Positions 1 to 7,270 are shown, counted from the stretch's first letter. The stretch is 33,108 bases of DNA from a virus (IMGVR_UViG_3300032227_000522:1-33108), one strand, 5' to 3'. The notes: a model not told the origin generated them from the sequence alone. Translations and numbers: made by a program.

Positions 1-123
1 CGGCCTGCTGTGGAACTACGCCGTTACCAGCGAGTTTTAGTTCGGATACCCGGGAAAGACCGTGGCTGGTAATCCAGCCTTCGGGTAGCCCCATCATCCA
101 TTCAGTAAATCGGCTGGAAAGGC
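1..123. repeat. Terminal direct repeat, identical to 32986-33108 (circular assembly overlap)
   Basis: The first and last 123 nt are identical, and an ORF reads in frame across the junction. Confidence 0.95.
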
Positions 124-895
124 GGTGTGCGCCTTCCCTGCCATCGGGGTTAGTTGGATCGGGCGAGGGCCGACCGATTATCGCTTCCCAGCGGCGGATT
201 GCTGGTTCATACTTGCCCCAGTCAATTGAGCCTTGCTTAGCGCCGTCCACTTGGTCTTCTAGACGGCCCTTGAGCGCACCGTTGGCACGTTCCTTTGCCG
301 TCGATCCATTTGAACTGCTTGTCCGGGGAGTACCCAGAAGCGTTATTTGCCCACTGCTTAGTACGGCGCGAGCGATTGAGTCGGTTTGTACCACGCCGTC
401 ACGGATCCGTTCCCCAGTTCCGTCCTTGCCGTCCCTAGCTGCTGGGGTAGGCATGAGCGTGAGTTCATTGACAACGGTTTCACGCAGGTTGCGGTAGCCA
501 CCCGGCGATCGCTTCTTCAACTCCGCAATCTGTTCCGGGGTTTTGATTTCGCGGTGTTCCATCGTGTTCGGGGTCGGCAGGTAGGAGGCGCTTACCTCGT
601 CCCACGATTCGAACTCGCGAGGCAAAATACCCTGCGCCAATTCAATCGCCTGTTCTAGTTGAACCCCAGACGGTTTGGTCGGGTGGGTTACGGCCCCACG
701 CGAGTTTCGCTGGCTCGACGCGGTAGTCGGGGTGGGCAGCAGGGAGGTAGCAATGCTCTCGGAGACCGGTAGACCGTTCTCAAAAGCCAGCGTTACCGCT
801 TGGTCGGCAACCTTAAGCATCCGATTGCGTTCCTTCGCTTGCTTCTCGCTAATAGCGCCGCCGGTTGAGTCAGTCACTGCCGGGGTTCGCAACAT
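1..895 (-). CDS. C-terminal half of split C5-cytosine DNA methyltransferase (TRD-like repeats plus motifs IX/X); crosses the circular junction and stops at 32939-32941; ~313 aa
   Basis: Not in the ORF track; translated by hand. GAGGAGGCG-ATG at 895, MLRTPAVTD...LLPTP...YLPTP...LMPTP...LLGTP...RLSSRFTEWMMGLPEGW...LAGNGVVPQQA...NLND*. The stop overlaps the RusA start. Confidence 0.85.
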   Translation of the reverse strand, partial: MLRTPAVTDSTGGAISEKQAKERNRMLKVADQAVTLAFENGLPVSESIATSLLPTPTTASSQRNSRGAVTHPTKPSGVQLEQAIELAQGILPREFESWDEVSASYLPTPNTMEHREIKTPEQIAELKKRSPGGYRNLRETVVNELTLMPTPAARDGKDGTGERIRDGVVQTDSIARAVLSSGQITLLGTPRTSSSNGSTAKERANGALKGRLEDQVDGAKQGSIDWGKYEPAIRRWEAIIGRPSPDPTNPDGREGAHRLSSRFTEWMMGLPEGWITSHGLSRVSELKLAGNGVVPQQA

Positions 896-1463
896 CGCCT
901 CCTCGGGGATAGGCAACAATGAAGACCCTGAAGCGTTGGTGGGGTGCGCCGGCGTCCGAGGCGCGTACACCTTCCCATTTCGCGTCGTACCCGATGTCGG
1001 CCAAGTCCCCGAGAACAGCACCGAGCGCGTTGAGAACAGGTCTGCCTCCTGCTTGCTCCAATATTTCAGGTTCGTATTCCACTCCGCCATCGGCTCGGGC
1101 GGATAGCAATCCTCGCACATTTTCAATTACCACCAATCTTGGTCGGAGTATGTTGATCGCGTGTGCGAACTCCGACCAGAGTCCGCTACGAGTTCCATCT
1201 TTGATTCCAGCGCGTTTCCCAGCAAGCGATAAATCTTGGCAGGGAAAGCCACCAGTAAGAATGTCGACCGGCTCTACTTGCGTCCAGTCCACTTTTGACA
1301 CGTCCCGGTAGTTCGGTACGCCCGGGAAGTTAGCCTCCAGCACCTTCGACGGTGCTTCATCCCATTCGCAATGCCAAACCACCCGGGACGGCAGTACCGA
1401 GGTCAGCGCAAGGTCAAGGCCGCCGTAACCGCTGAAAAGCGACCCGACCTTCAACTCACGCAC
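870..1463 (-). CDS. N-terminal (catalytic) half of split C5-cytosine DNA methyltransferase, motifs I-VIII
   Basis: SLFSGYGG (I), GGFPCQDLS (IV), IENV (VI), HQRFRVFIVA (VIII), then a stop codon. Confidence 0.92.
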   Translation of the reverse strand: MRELKVGSLFSGYGGLDLALTSVLPSRVVWHCEWDEAPSKVLEANFPGVPNYRDVSKVDWTQVEPVDILTGGFPCQDLSLAGKRAGIKDGTRSGLWSEFAHAINILRPRLVVIENVRGLLSARADGGVEYEPEILEQAGGRPVLNALGAVLGDLADIGYDAKWEGVRASDAGAPHQRFRVFIVAYPRGGDVANPGSD

Positions 1464-2100
1464 GATCGAACACCGCGAGAAGTTCTGCTCCGAGTTCGTA
1501 GGGTACGCGAGAACGTTCCCGGGCGTTCTTCAATCCCTGCGTTCCGGTCTTTGATCCGCGTGGGGCCGCCTCGTGGCAATCGCCACCCGGCTTACACATC
1601 GTTCGAGGTTTCCAGCCCGGTACAGAACCCCACAAATCGGTCGGCTTCTGACGTTCGTCCCCATAAGTGCAATAGATGACCGTGCGCCTTTCTAGCCCGA
1701 CCAAAGGTGGAAGTTTGCGAAGCATCCCACGAGGGTTCTCAATCAAGAATCCAAACCGAGGTTCGAGTTCCACCGCGAGCGCCCGGGCGTGGGCTACCAG
1801 CGTCTGATTGAAAACGGCAGCCTCGGTTCGGGCAATTGGGAATTCCCCACCCTGTTTCCAGTGGTGGCTCATTGAGGCAACCGAGAACGCGGTGCAAGGA
1901 GGGGAAGCCCACACGAAGTCGGGCTTGCCATACTTGGCAATCAGCTCGTCCGCGTTTAGTTCCAGTATGTCGACAGTTTCCGTGACCTCGAAGGACGGAT
2001 CCAGTTCGAACGTGATGACGGTGTGTCCGGCATCCTTGAACGCTTGGGTCGACGAACCTGTACCGGCGAAGAAATCGAAGATGAGCAGTTTGTCGGTCAT
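1456..2100 (-). CDS. Second, compact C5-cytosine methyltransferase-like protein
   Basis: FDFFAGTGS, WASPPC, IENPRG, QKPTDLW. ATG at 2100 overlaps the upstream stop (ATGA). Confidence 0.8.
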   Translation of the reverse strand: MTDKLLIFDFFAGTGSSTQAFKDAGHTVITFELDPSFEVTETVDILELNADELIAKYGKPDFVWASPPCTAFSVASMSHHWKQGGEFPIARTEAAVFNQTLVAHARALAVELEPRFGFLIENPRGMLRKLPPLVGLERRTVIYCTYGDERQKPTDLWGSVPGWKPRTMCKPGGDCHEAAPRGSKTGTQGLKNARERSRVPYELGAELLAVFDRA

Positions 2101-2435
2101 GACGAGCCACTCCATTCCATTCGCATAATCGCACCAAGGCTACGGCCCACGTCCAACCGATCGCGTAGAACCCTAAGACCCTCACGCCCAGCGCGTAGCA
2201 CCTGCTCCGCCGTTTCCATAGCTGCGAACTGCTCCTCGGTAGCGATGTCCGCCGTGTACCGTCTTACGTCAACGGATCCGGTAGCGGTCAGGAAGGCTCG
2301 TGCGAAGTCTCGCTTGTAGCGGAGTCGGGCCGCGGTGAACTCGGCGTCCAACCGTTCCACCTCCTCCGACTGCTCTTCGAGCGCCCGGGAGATACGCCCG
2401 AGCGTTTCAATGATTGACGCCGGGGTTAGTTCCAT
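2097..2435 (-). CDS. Hypothetical coiled-coil protein in the recombination module
   Basis: 112-aa ORF translationally coupled on both sides. Confidence 0.7.
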   Translation of the reverse strand: MELTPASIIETLGRISRALEEQSEEVERLDAEFTAARLRYKRDFARAFLTATGSVDVRRYTADIATEEQFAAMETAEQVLRAGREGLRVLRDRLDVGRSLGAIMRMEWSGSS

Positions 2436-3205
2436 CAGTTGCCGTCCTTTAACTCCGACTTACGAGCTGAGAGTGCCTTGCGCTCAACTTCGCTCATAGC
2501 GCGTCGAGCAGTGATGGCGTTGTAGATTTTCATCAAGTGCTCTTCGGTCGGGGCTTTCGCAATCAAGCCCATCACGTCCTCTGTAAGCTCTTCGGGCTTG
2601 TCGGCGCTCGCCGGTGTCACCGTGGTCGCGTCAGGGTCTTCACGGTCAACCTCGTCGTTCCCAAGGGCTACCTGCTGAGGAATGTCCGCCTGAATGTCCT
2701 CGACCGGCTCTGTACCGACCAAAGTGCGAATTACCAGCGCGTCCGTCTGGCCCTTGTTGTAGAGCGACAAACCGAACTGGTCACCCAGCGCAATCGCGGC
2801 GCGTTTGATTGAAAGCGAAATCGCCGACTTGTAAGCGAGGTCGTGAGCGTCCGCCCGGGACGGCTGGTTCTGTGCCGACCCCACGGATCCGTTCTCATAG
2901 TGCGCTACGGTCTGCCCTGCCGAGTTTCGAACTGTCAAACGCACCAGCGCCCGGTACGCCACATCCCATGCCACGTACTCCTTGCCGGCGCGGTTTGTTT
3001 TGACCTCTGAGGTTTCGAAGAGGCAGTCGACGCTAGCCACTTCGATGTCGAAGTTCCCAAACCCGAACATTCGAATTAAGTGGGCTGTTATGTCCTGCTG
3101 GGAAACGTGCGAGTGTCCCTTGCCGTCACGCAGAACGCGTGTCGGTTTGATTGCGTTGAGCAGGTGCTTTACCTGCTCGGTTGTGAATTGTCCACGAATG
3201 TCCAT
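2435..3205 (-). CDS. Rad52/Rad22-family (Sak-like) single-strand annealing protein
   Basis: SHVSQQDITAHLIRMFGFGNFD, YRALVRLTV, HDLAYKSAISLSIKRAAIALGDQFGLSLY; adjacent to an exonuclease. Confidence 0.85.
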   Translation of the reverse strand: MDIRGQFTTEQVKHLLNAIKPTRVLRDGKGHSHVSQQDITAHLIRMFGFGNFDIEVASVDCLFETSEVKTNRAGKEYVAWDVAYRALVRLTVRNSAGQTVAHYENGSVGSAQNQPSRADAHDLAYKSAISLSIKRAAIALGDQFGLSLYNKGQTDALVIRTLVGTEPVEDIQADIPQQVALGNDEVDREDPDATTVTPASADKPEELTEDVMGLIAKAPTEEHLMKIYNAITARRAMSEVERKALSARKSELKDGN

Positions 3206-3206
3206 T

Positions 3207-3818
3207 TCAGATGCCTTCCTTGTCTGTTTGTGAATAGAACACTAGCTCCTGCTGAAGGCGCTCTGCGACCTCAACAAGTTCAGCGATCATCTTTTCATCT
3301 CGTTCGAAGATGACCGTCTTCGGTTCGAACCATGCCGGGACGAATTGCCCATTCTGCTCGACCCGAAGAATCCATGCGAATACGCACCGCGAAGCGCCGG
3401 TGACATACAACTGCCACTGGACTTGGCGGCGGTAGTGAATGGGGATGGACTTCTCAGTACCCCAATCCTTGCCTGTGGTTTTGACCTCGGCGATTGTGTC
3501 GTGGTCAAGCGACAAACCGTCCGGCGTTGCGAATTGCCAGCGGTTTGCCAAACCGTCAGCAGCTATAAGCCAGTCGTTGGGAAAGATACCCCACTGGTCT
3601 TTGAGCGAAGCGACAATCCATGCTTCGTTGTCGCGCCCGAACGCCATGTATGCGTTGTCCTCGAAAGGGGTCGGGTTATTGCGCTCGTTGATGATTTCTG
3701 CGTAGCCGGACGGCGTTGCGGCCTTTGCCACGGTGGTTGCGGAAACCCCGGTGTCGCGGATCCGCTTCCATTCCTCCATGTCCGTCGATCGGACGAGGAA
3801 TCGGGGATGTTCAATCAT
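3207..3818 (-). CDS. YqaJ-like (lambda-exo family) viral recombinase exonuclease
   Basis: EEWKRIRDTGVSAT, MAFGRDNE, ATPDGL, AEVKTT, QVQWQLYV. Start moved to ATG 3818 (RBS GAGAAGGC) because 3830-3912 looks like promoter plus structured RNA. Confidence 0.88.
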   Translation of the reverse strand: MIEHPRFLVRSTDMEEWKRIRDTGVSATTVAKAATPSGYAEIINERNNPTPFEDNAYMAFGRDNEAWIVASLKDQWGIFPNDWLIAADGLANRWQFATPDGLSLDHDTIAEVKTTGKDWGTEKSIPIHYRRQVQWQLYVTGASRCVFAWILRVEQNGQFVPAWFEPKTVIFERDEKMIAELVEVAERLQQELVFYSQTDKEGI

Positions 3819-3838
3819 GCCTTCTCTTTTCATTAGGT

Positions 3839-3912
3839 GGGGCAGGTCGGTAGGACTGACCAACCTGCCCCGGGCGGTCGGGAAGGCGTCGACCGCACTC
3901 CCCAGAGTATCA
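3839..3912 (-). promoter_or_regulatory. Extended -10 promoter (TGaTACTCT, 3904-3912) followed by two tandem RNA hairpins (3874-3896, 3839-3871)
   Basis: A 7-bp perfect stem with loop ACGCCUUCC, and a 13-bp stem whose single irregular pair is G-U only on the minus strand. Confidence 0.6.
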
Positions 3913-3946
3913 CGGTACTCGATACCGCCGACATCAAATAAGCGTG

Positions 3947-4075
3947 TCAAAGGAACACCACCAAGGCGATGACCAAGACCACAAAGTTGACGGCAGCTAG
4001 TAGGACGTTCGCTCGGGCCAGAAACTGTTGTCGCTTCCGGTTGCGAACACGATCGCGGATGGGGCTACTGGTCAC
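3947..4075 (-). CDS. Small membrane protein (42 aa)
   Basis: GTG start; basic N-terminus and hydrophobic C-terminus VLLAAVNFVVLVIALVVFL. Confidence 0.55.
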   Translation of the reverse strand: MTSSPIRDRVRNRKRQQFLARANVLLAAVNFVVLVIALVVFL

Positions 4076-4235
4076 GGTTCTCACGCTCCGCCCGGTAGAT
4101 GCGACCATACTCAACGAGCATCCGCCAGTAGCAGAGCGCGGTGAAGATGTAGAAGCCGTCACCGATGTCGAAAGTATCCTTGATGCCGATGAAGAGCGTC
4201 CCAGCGAGCGCGTAGGCGATGAATCTAATCTCCAT
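4065..4235 (-). CDS. Small membrane protein (56 aa)
   Basis: MEIRFIAYALAGTLF...; RBS GGAGGAGAAAG before ATG 4235. Confidence 0.6.
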   Translation of the reverse strand: MEIRFIAYALAGTLFIGIKDTFDIGDGFYIFTALCYWRMLVEYGRIYRAERENRDQ

Positions 4236-4557
4236 CTTTCTCCTCCCACTTCTTCTTAAGCGCCGCGAAGGTCGACATTGAGTCCCGGGAGAGTAGGCCA
4301 ACCTCCACCATCGCTACCACGTCCATGATGTTGCCACCGTGGGTTACGAGCGCGAAAAGGAACGAGGACTCGCGTATCGCCACATCGGGCGGTACAGGAG
4401 TGCCGTTGATTGCGGTGATGATTGCTTCGCTGATGAATGCCGACTTGCGGTACTCAACGAGTGCGTTCACGATCGCGTCCGAGATTGATTGCGGTGGCAT
4501 GACCTCCTTGAAACGGTCAGTCCATTGCTCGGGAGTTTCGACTGGTTCGAGGTTCAC
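4225..4557 (-). CDS. Hypothetical protein
   Basis: GTG start overlaps the upstream TGA; MNLEPVETPEQW... Confidence 0.65.
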   Translation of the reverse strand: MNLEPVETPEQWTDRFKEVMPPQSISDAIVNALVEYRKSAFISEAIITAINGTPVPPDVAIRESSFLFALVTHGGNIMDVVAMVEVGLLSRDSMSTFAALKKKWEEKDGD

Positions 4558-4919
4558 TTTGCCACCTTGATTCCGGCGGTCGCGAAAATGGTCTCGGGCT
4601 TGAAGCCGTCGACGACCTTCCAGACTCGGCACTTACGACCGAACCGGGTCAAGCCGTATTCGCCCGACCACTCGATGACCCCAGCGTCAGCAAGTTCTGC
4701 TCGACGCGATCGCACCGATTGCGGTGAAGCGAAGGGGTGCAGTTCCTCGTGGGCGTGGCCCTCGAACTTGTGAAACAGTTGCTCATCGGTCAGTTGCTCA
4801 CCGTAGAGCGCGAAGAAGACCGCAATAGCAGTCTGGGATGGGCGGTAGACCGAGTCGGCCGCCTCGTGCGATGTTTCCGGATCCGTCTTACGAGCGCCCG
4901 GGATAAATGAGAACTTCAT
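4554..4919 (-). CDS. Winged-helix-like DNA-binding protein (ARxTDPxTSHxAA family)
   Basis: ARKTDPETSHEAA, LTDEQL, SVRSRRAELADAGVI, GRKCRVW; RBS GGAGG. Confidence 0.75.
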   Translation of the reverse strand: MKFSFIPGARKTDPETSHEAADSVYRPSQTAIAVFFALYGEQLTDEQLFHKFEGHAHEELHPFASPQSVRSRRAELADAGVIEWSGEYGLTRFGRKCRVWKVVDGFKPETIFATAGIKVAK

Positions 4920-5068
4920 TTGATGCCTCCTGTCCAAATGCCCTGCTTGATGTTTTCAGCGTGTTCAACTCCACACGCCCAGATGAGATAAGCGTCGGCT
5001 ACCTGCCACCGACCGGTGGGTGTCATCCCACACTCAGCGCAGGTCGCGCCGTCCCCTAGTACCTTCAT
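4916..5068 (-). CDS. Small putative Zn-binding protein (50 aa)
   Basis: Hand-translated MKVLGDGATCAECGM...WACGVEHAENIKQGIWTGGIK*. RBS GGAAGG; the stop overlaps the next ATG. Confidence 0.65.
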   Translation of the reverse strand: MKVLGDGATCAECGMTPTGRWQVADAYLIWACGVEHAENIKQGIWTGGIK

Positions 5069-5171
5069 GGTTTGCCTTCCTATGAACCGCCTCTATGCGG
5101 TGAGCCTAGGTTAGCATCCGATTTCCCCGGATTGGACACATTTGCGAATTTTGATTTCTGGATCCGTAATA

Positions 5172-5272
5172 GTGAAAACGTTAGTTTTCACGGTCGGGTC
5201 GGGTCGGGTCGGGTCGGGGTCAACGAACCTCGCCCGATGTTCGCCCGAACGCCGTCCGAACTTCTTACGAAC
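5172..5272. other. Putative replication origin: inverted repeat GTGAAAAC-N4-GTTTTCAC (5172-5191), (GGGTC)n tract (5192-5221), 11-bp-phased CGAAC iterons (5224-5272)
   Basis: CGAAC at 5224, 5246, 5257 and 5268, and CGATG at 5235. The block is non-coding, lies between divergent genes and has AT-rich flanks. Confidence 0.6.
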
Positions 5273-5288
5273 TAATAGTTGTATGGAG

Positions 5289-5330
5289 TTGATGTATCTA
5301 TAAATAGATGCTAGACTCATCACGTAAGGC
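5289..5330 (+). promoter_or_regulatory. Sigma-70/SigA-type promoter TTGATG-17-TAGACT with GTAAGGC leader
   Basis: -35 at 5289-5294, extended -10 TGc-TAGACT at 5312-5317; inverted repeat ATCTAT-AA-ATAGAT in the spacer. Confidence 0.7.
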
Positions 5331-5353
5331 AAACCGGACAGAAAGGCAACAAA

Positions 5354-5626
5354 ATGGAAAGCAACAAACTCCGCACCGAGAACGTCTCGGGACTCTCGAT
5401 TGGCTATTACGCGACCGAGATAATCGACATCTACATGACGCCATCCTTCGACCCCAAGAACTATGTGGGACGCAAGGCACTCTTCGAGACCTTCGAAGGA
5501 CGCATCCTTGAGGGAACGCTCGAACTCAAGTCCGCTCGAGTTCACGCCATGATGGTCATCCGCTTCGAAGACGGAATGTGGGCAAACATCGGCTCGTGCC
5601 TGTACCTCGCAGACTGGGCTAACTAG
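5354..5626 (+). CDS. Hypothetical protein (90 aa), the only plus-strand gene; self-contained cassette
   Basis: Has its own promoter, RBS GAAAGGCAACAAAATG and terminator; C/G-ending codon bias. Confidence 0.8.
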   Translation: MESNKLRTENVSGLSIGYYATEIIDIYMTPSFDPKNYVGRKALFETFEGRILEGTLELKSARVHAMMVIRFEDGMWANIGSCLYLADWAN

Positions 5627-5633
5627 CCCTACC

Positions 5634-5671
5634 CGAGAAGAGCCTCAGCCAGAAGGCTGGGGTTCTTCTCG
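5634..5671 (+). terminator. Hairpin terminator, possibly bidirectional, between convergent units
   Basis: 17-bp stem CGAGAAGAGCCTCAGCC / GGCTGGGGTTCTTCTCG with two G-U pairs; AGAA loop. Confidence 0.75.
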
Positions 5672-5680
5672 TTCGCTGGT

Positions 5681-5707
5681 GCGCCAGTCGCGCCAGTCGC
5701 GCCATTC
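5681..5707. repeat. Three tandem copies of GCGCCA(G/T)TC
   Basis: gcgccagtc gcgccagtc gcgccattc. Confidence 0.8.
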
Positions 5708-5721
5708 ACACAAAGCTGGCG

Positions 5722-5811
5722 CTACTGGCAGGAATCGCACTGCAGGAAGTCCATGGGGTCGACCGGTACGGCGTACCCACCAACTCGCTCGGCTAATTCC
5801 TCACCATTCAC
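5722..5811 (-). CDS. 29-aa micropeptide MNGEELAERVGGYAVPVDPMDFLQCDSCQ
   Basis: Hand-translated. GTG start overlaps the holin stop (GTGA); terminal CxxC. Confidence 0.65.
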   Translation of the reverse strand: MNGEELAERVGGYAVPVDPMDFLQCDSCQ

Positions 5812-6008
5812 TTCGTCAGACCGAAGGCAGGGTCGTTCGGGTTGAGCCAACGGATCGCGACCGGGATAACCGCAATCCAGACGGCGTTTGCCACCGCGTA
5901 CCAGTCCGCCGTAGTGAACTCAACGGGCAACTTGCCGATTGCGAAAACCGCACCGAGGGCCGTGGCGAGAAGGCTACGACCGTAACTTGCCAGAATGGCT
6001 GTGTTCAT
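5808..6008 (-). CDS. Holin-like membrane protein
   Basis: Two hydrophobic segments, RWLNPNDPAFG C-terminus, position in the lysis cassette, RBS AAGGAG. Confidence 0.8.
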   Translation of the reverse strand: MNTAILASYGRSLLATALGAVFAIGKLPVEFTTADWYAVANAVWIAVIPVAIRWLNPNDPAFGLTK

Positions 6009-6069
6009 TGTTTCTCCTTGTTTGGGGTCAACTATCTAGGGTGACCGTCCCGGGCGCTTGCGGCGCGTT

Positions 6070-6342
6070 TTACAAACCGAGCAGTTTCGACACAATCGGT
6101 GCAAGCACCGCCAGCAGACCAAAGCCACCAACGGCCTGCCAAATCCTCGACTCGACGGCACGGATCCGCTCCTCGTGGTCGGCGATTTGCTTCTCTGTTG
6201 TGTCCTCAAACTTGCTCATGCGGTCTTCTGTAGCCGGCATCGAAAGCGACAGCCCCATCAGGATTTGTTTCATCTCCTGCAAGTCCCGATGCACGTCTTT
6301 CAGCGTGACCCGGATACCGCCGTCGTTGTCCTCCGTTACCAT
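6070..6342 (-). CDS. Lysis-cassette membrane protein (coiled coil plus C-terminal TM)
   Basis: DHEERIRAVESRIWQAVGGFGLLAVLAPIV. Confidence 0.75.
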   Translation of the reverse strand: MVTEDNDGGIRVTLKDVHRDLQEMKQILMGLSLSMPATEDRMSKFEDTTEKQIADHEERIRAVESRIWQAVGGFGLLAVLAPIVSKLLGL

Positions 6343-6686
6343 TCCGTCGACTCCACTAGAAACTTCTGAAGCGCACGAACCGATCGCGTGTCAAAGGTCG
6401 GCGAGGCAGGAACGCCAAGGAACAACTGGAACGCCAACCGTAGGTCGCGGCCCCACTCGCCGGTTTGCTGCAAGCCCAGTTTCTTCTGGAGCGCCTTGAC
6501 CGTCTTGGGGTCGAGTTCCCGGGTCTGCTTTACGCCAAGGAGGAATTGTAGTGCGCCAATTGTGTCTGCGTCGAGAACCCCGGTCGGCTTGAAAATGGGT
6601 CGGCTAACCGTTACTGGTTCAGCAATCGGCTCGGACGAATCCGTCACGACTTCTTCGACGGCTTCCACCGGTTCTAATTCGCTCAT
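6336..6686 (-). CDS. Stand-alone peptidoglycan-binding-repeat protein
   Basis: Four imperfect TG.(L/W)D..T..ALQ..LG repeats; ATG 6686 overlaps the endolysin stop. Confidence 0.7.
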   Translation of the reverse strand: MSELEPVEAVEEVVTDSSEPIAEPVTVSRPIFKPTGVLDADTIGALQFLLGVKQTRELDPKTVKALQKKLGLQQTGEWGRDLRLAFQLFLGVPASPTFDTRSVRALQKFLVESTEW

Positions 6687-7270
6687 CCGATAACCGCCCA
6701 TGTACGCGGCCCCACGATTCCGTCCGCAGCTAGCAGGTGGCTCTTCTGAAACTTGATAACCGCCCGGCGTGTCAACGGCCCGAAAATACCGTCCGCGCTG
6801 ATTCCAAGTTTGCGTTGCAGGTACTTGACCTCGTCGCCGCGAGAACCCATCTTGATCGTGCGTAGTGAAGGAGCCGGGGCAGAGCCACCACCCGATTTGA
6901 GTAAAGGCGCAGGGTCAACAAGTTGCCCAGCCTTGTTTGTGATTGAAAAGTGCAGGTGTGGGCCAGTGCTGTTTCCGGTGCTTCCCGACAAGCCGACCCT
7001 TTGACCTTGAGAAACGCGTTGACCGTTGGTCACGTCGAGACGCGAAAGGTGCAGGTAATAAGAGTTTCTTCCATCGGCGTGGTGGATTCGAACGTTGATG
7101 CCATTCGCGGCGGAGCGTTCAGCTCGGGTCACAATCCCATCCTCAGAAGCCCAGATTGTTTCGCCGGTAGGACAGTTGAAGTCAATCCCGGGCAGACCAG
7201 AACCTCGGCGGACGTGGGCTGCGAAGTCGTCGTTGATTTTCGACGTTTTGCACGGACGGATGTAAGTCAT
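6683..7270 (-). CDS. Endolysin: M23 peptidase plus PG-binding domain
   Basis: GIDF, YYLHLS, GSTGNSTGPHLHF; C-terminal ADGIFGPLT...ADGIVGPRTW. Confidence 0.9.
   Translation of the reverse strand: MTYIRPCKTSKINDDFAAHVRRGSGLPGIDFNCPTGETIWASEDGIVTRAERSAANGINVRIHHADGRNSYYLHLSRLDVTNGQRVSQGQRVGLSGSTGNSTGPHLHFSITNKAGQLVDPAPLLKSGGGSAPAPSLRTIKMGSRGDEVKYLQRKLGISADGIFGPLTRRAVIKFQKSHLLAADGIVGPRTWAVIG

Noticed and set aside
1-123. 123-bp terminal repeat as a biological DTR
   Set aside because: It falls in the middle of the MTase ORF, far from the terminase/cos region, and is best explained as the overlap of a circular assembly.
3819-3950. N-terminal extension of the exonuclease from TTG 3950
   Set aside because: The region holds a promoter-like motif and strand-specific hairpins, and a good RBS precedes ATG 3818.
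5192-5272. CRISPR array or mini-array
   Set aside because: The repeat units are 5 and 11 bp with no spacers. No CRISPR-like repeat-spacer structure was seen anywhere in the window.
5111-5545. 144-aa minus-strand ORF containing PDPTRPDP
   Set aside because: It is antisense to the well-supported plus-strand gene and runs through two promoters. The repeat is better explained as a DNA element.
5681-5707. 9-bp triple repeat as a functional element
   Set aside because: It is short, lies in a convergent intergenic gap and has no second locus, so slippage is a sufficient explanation.
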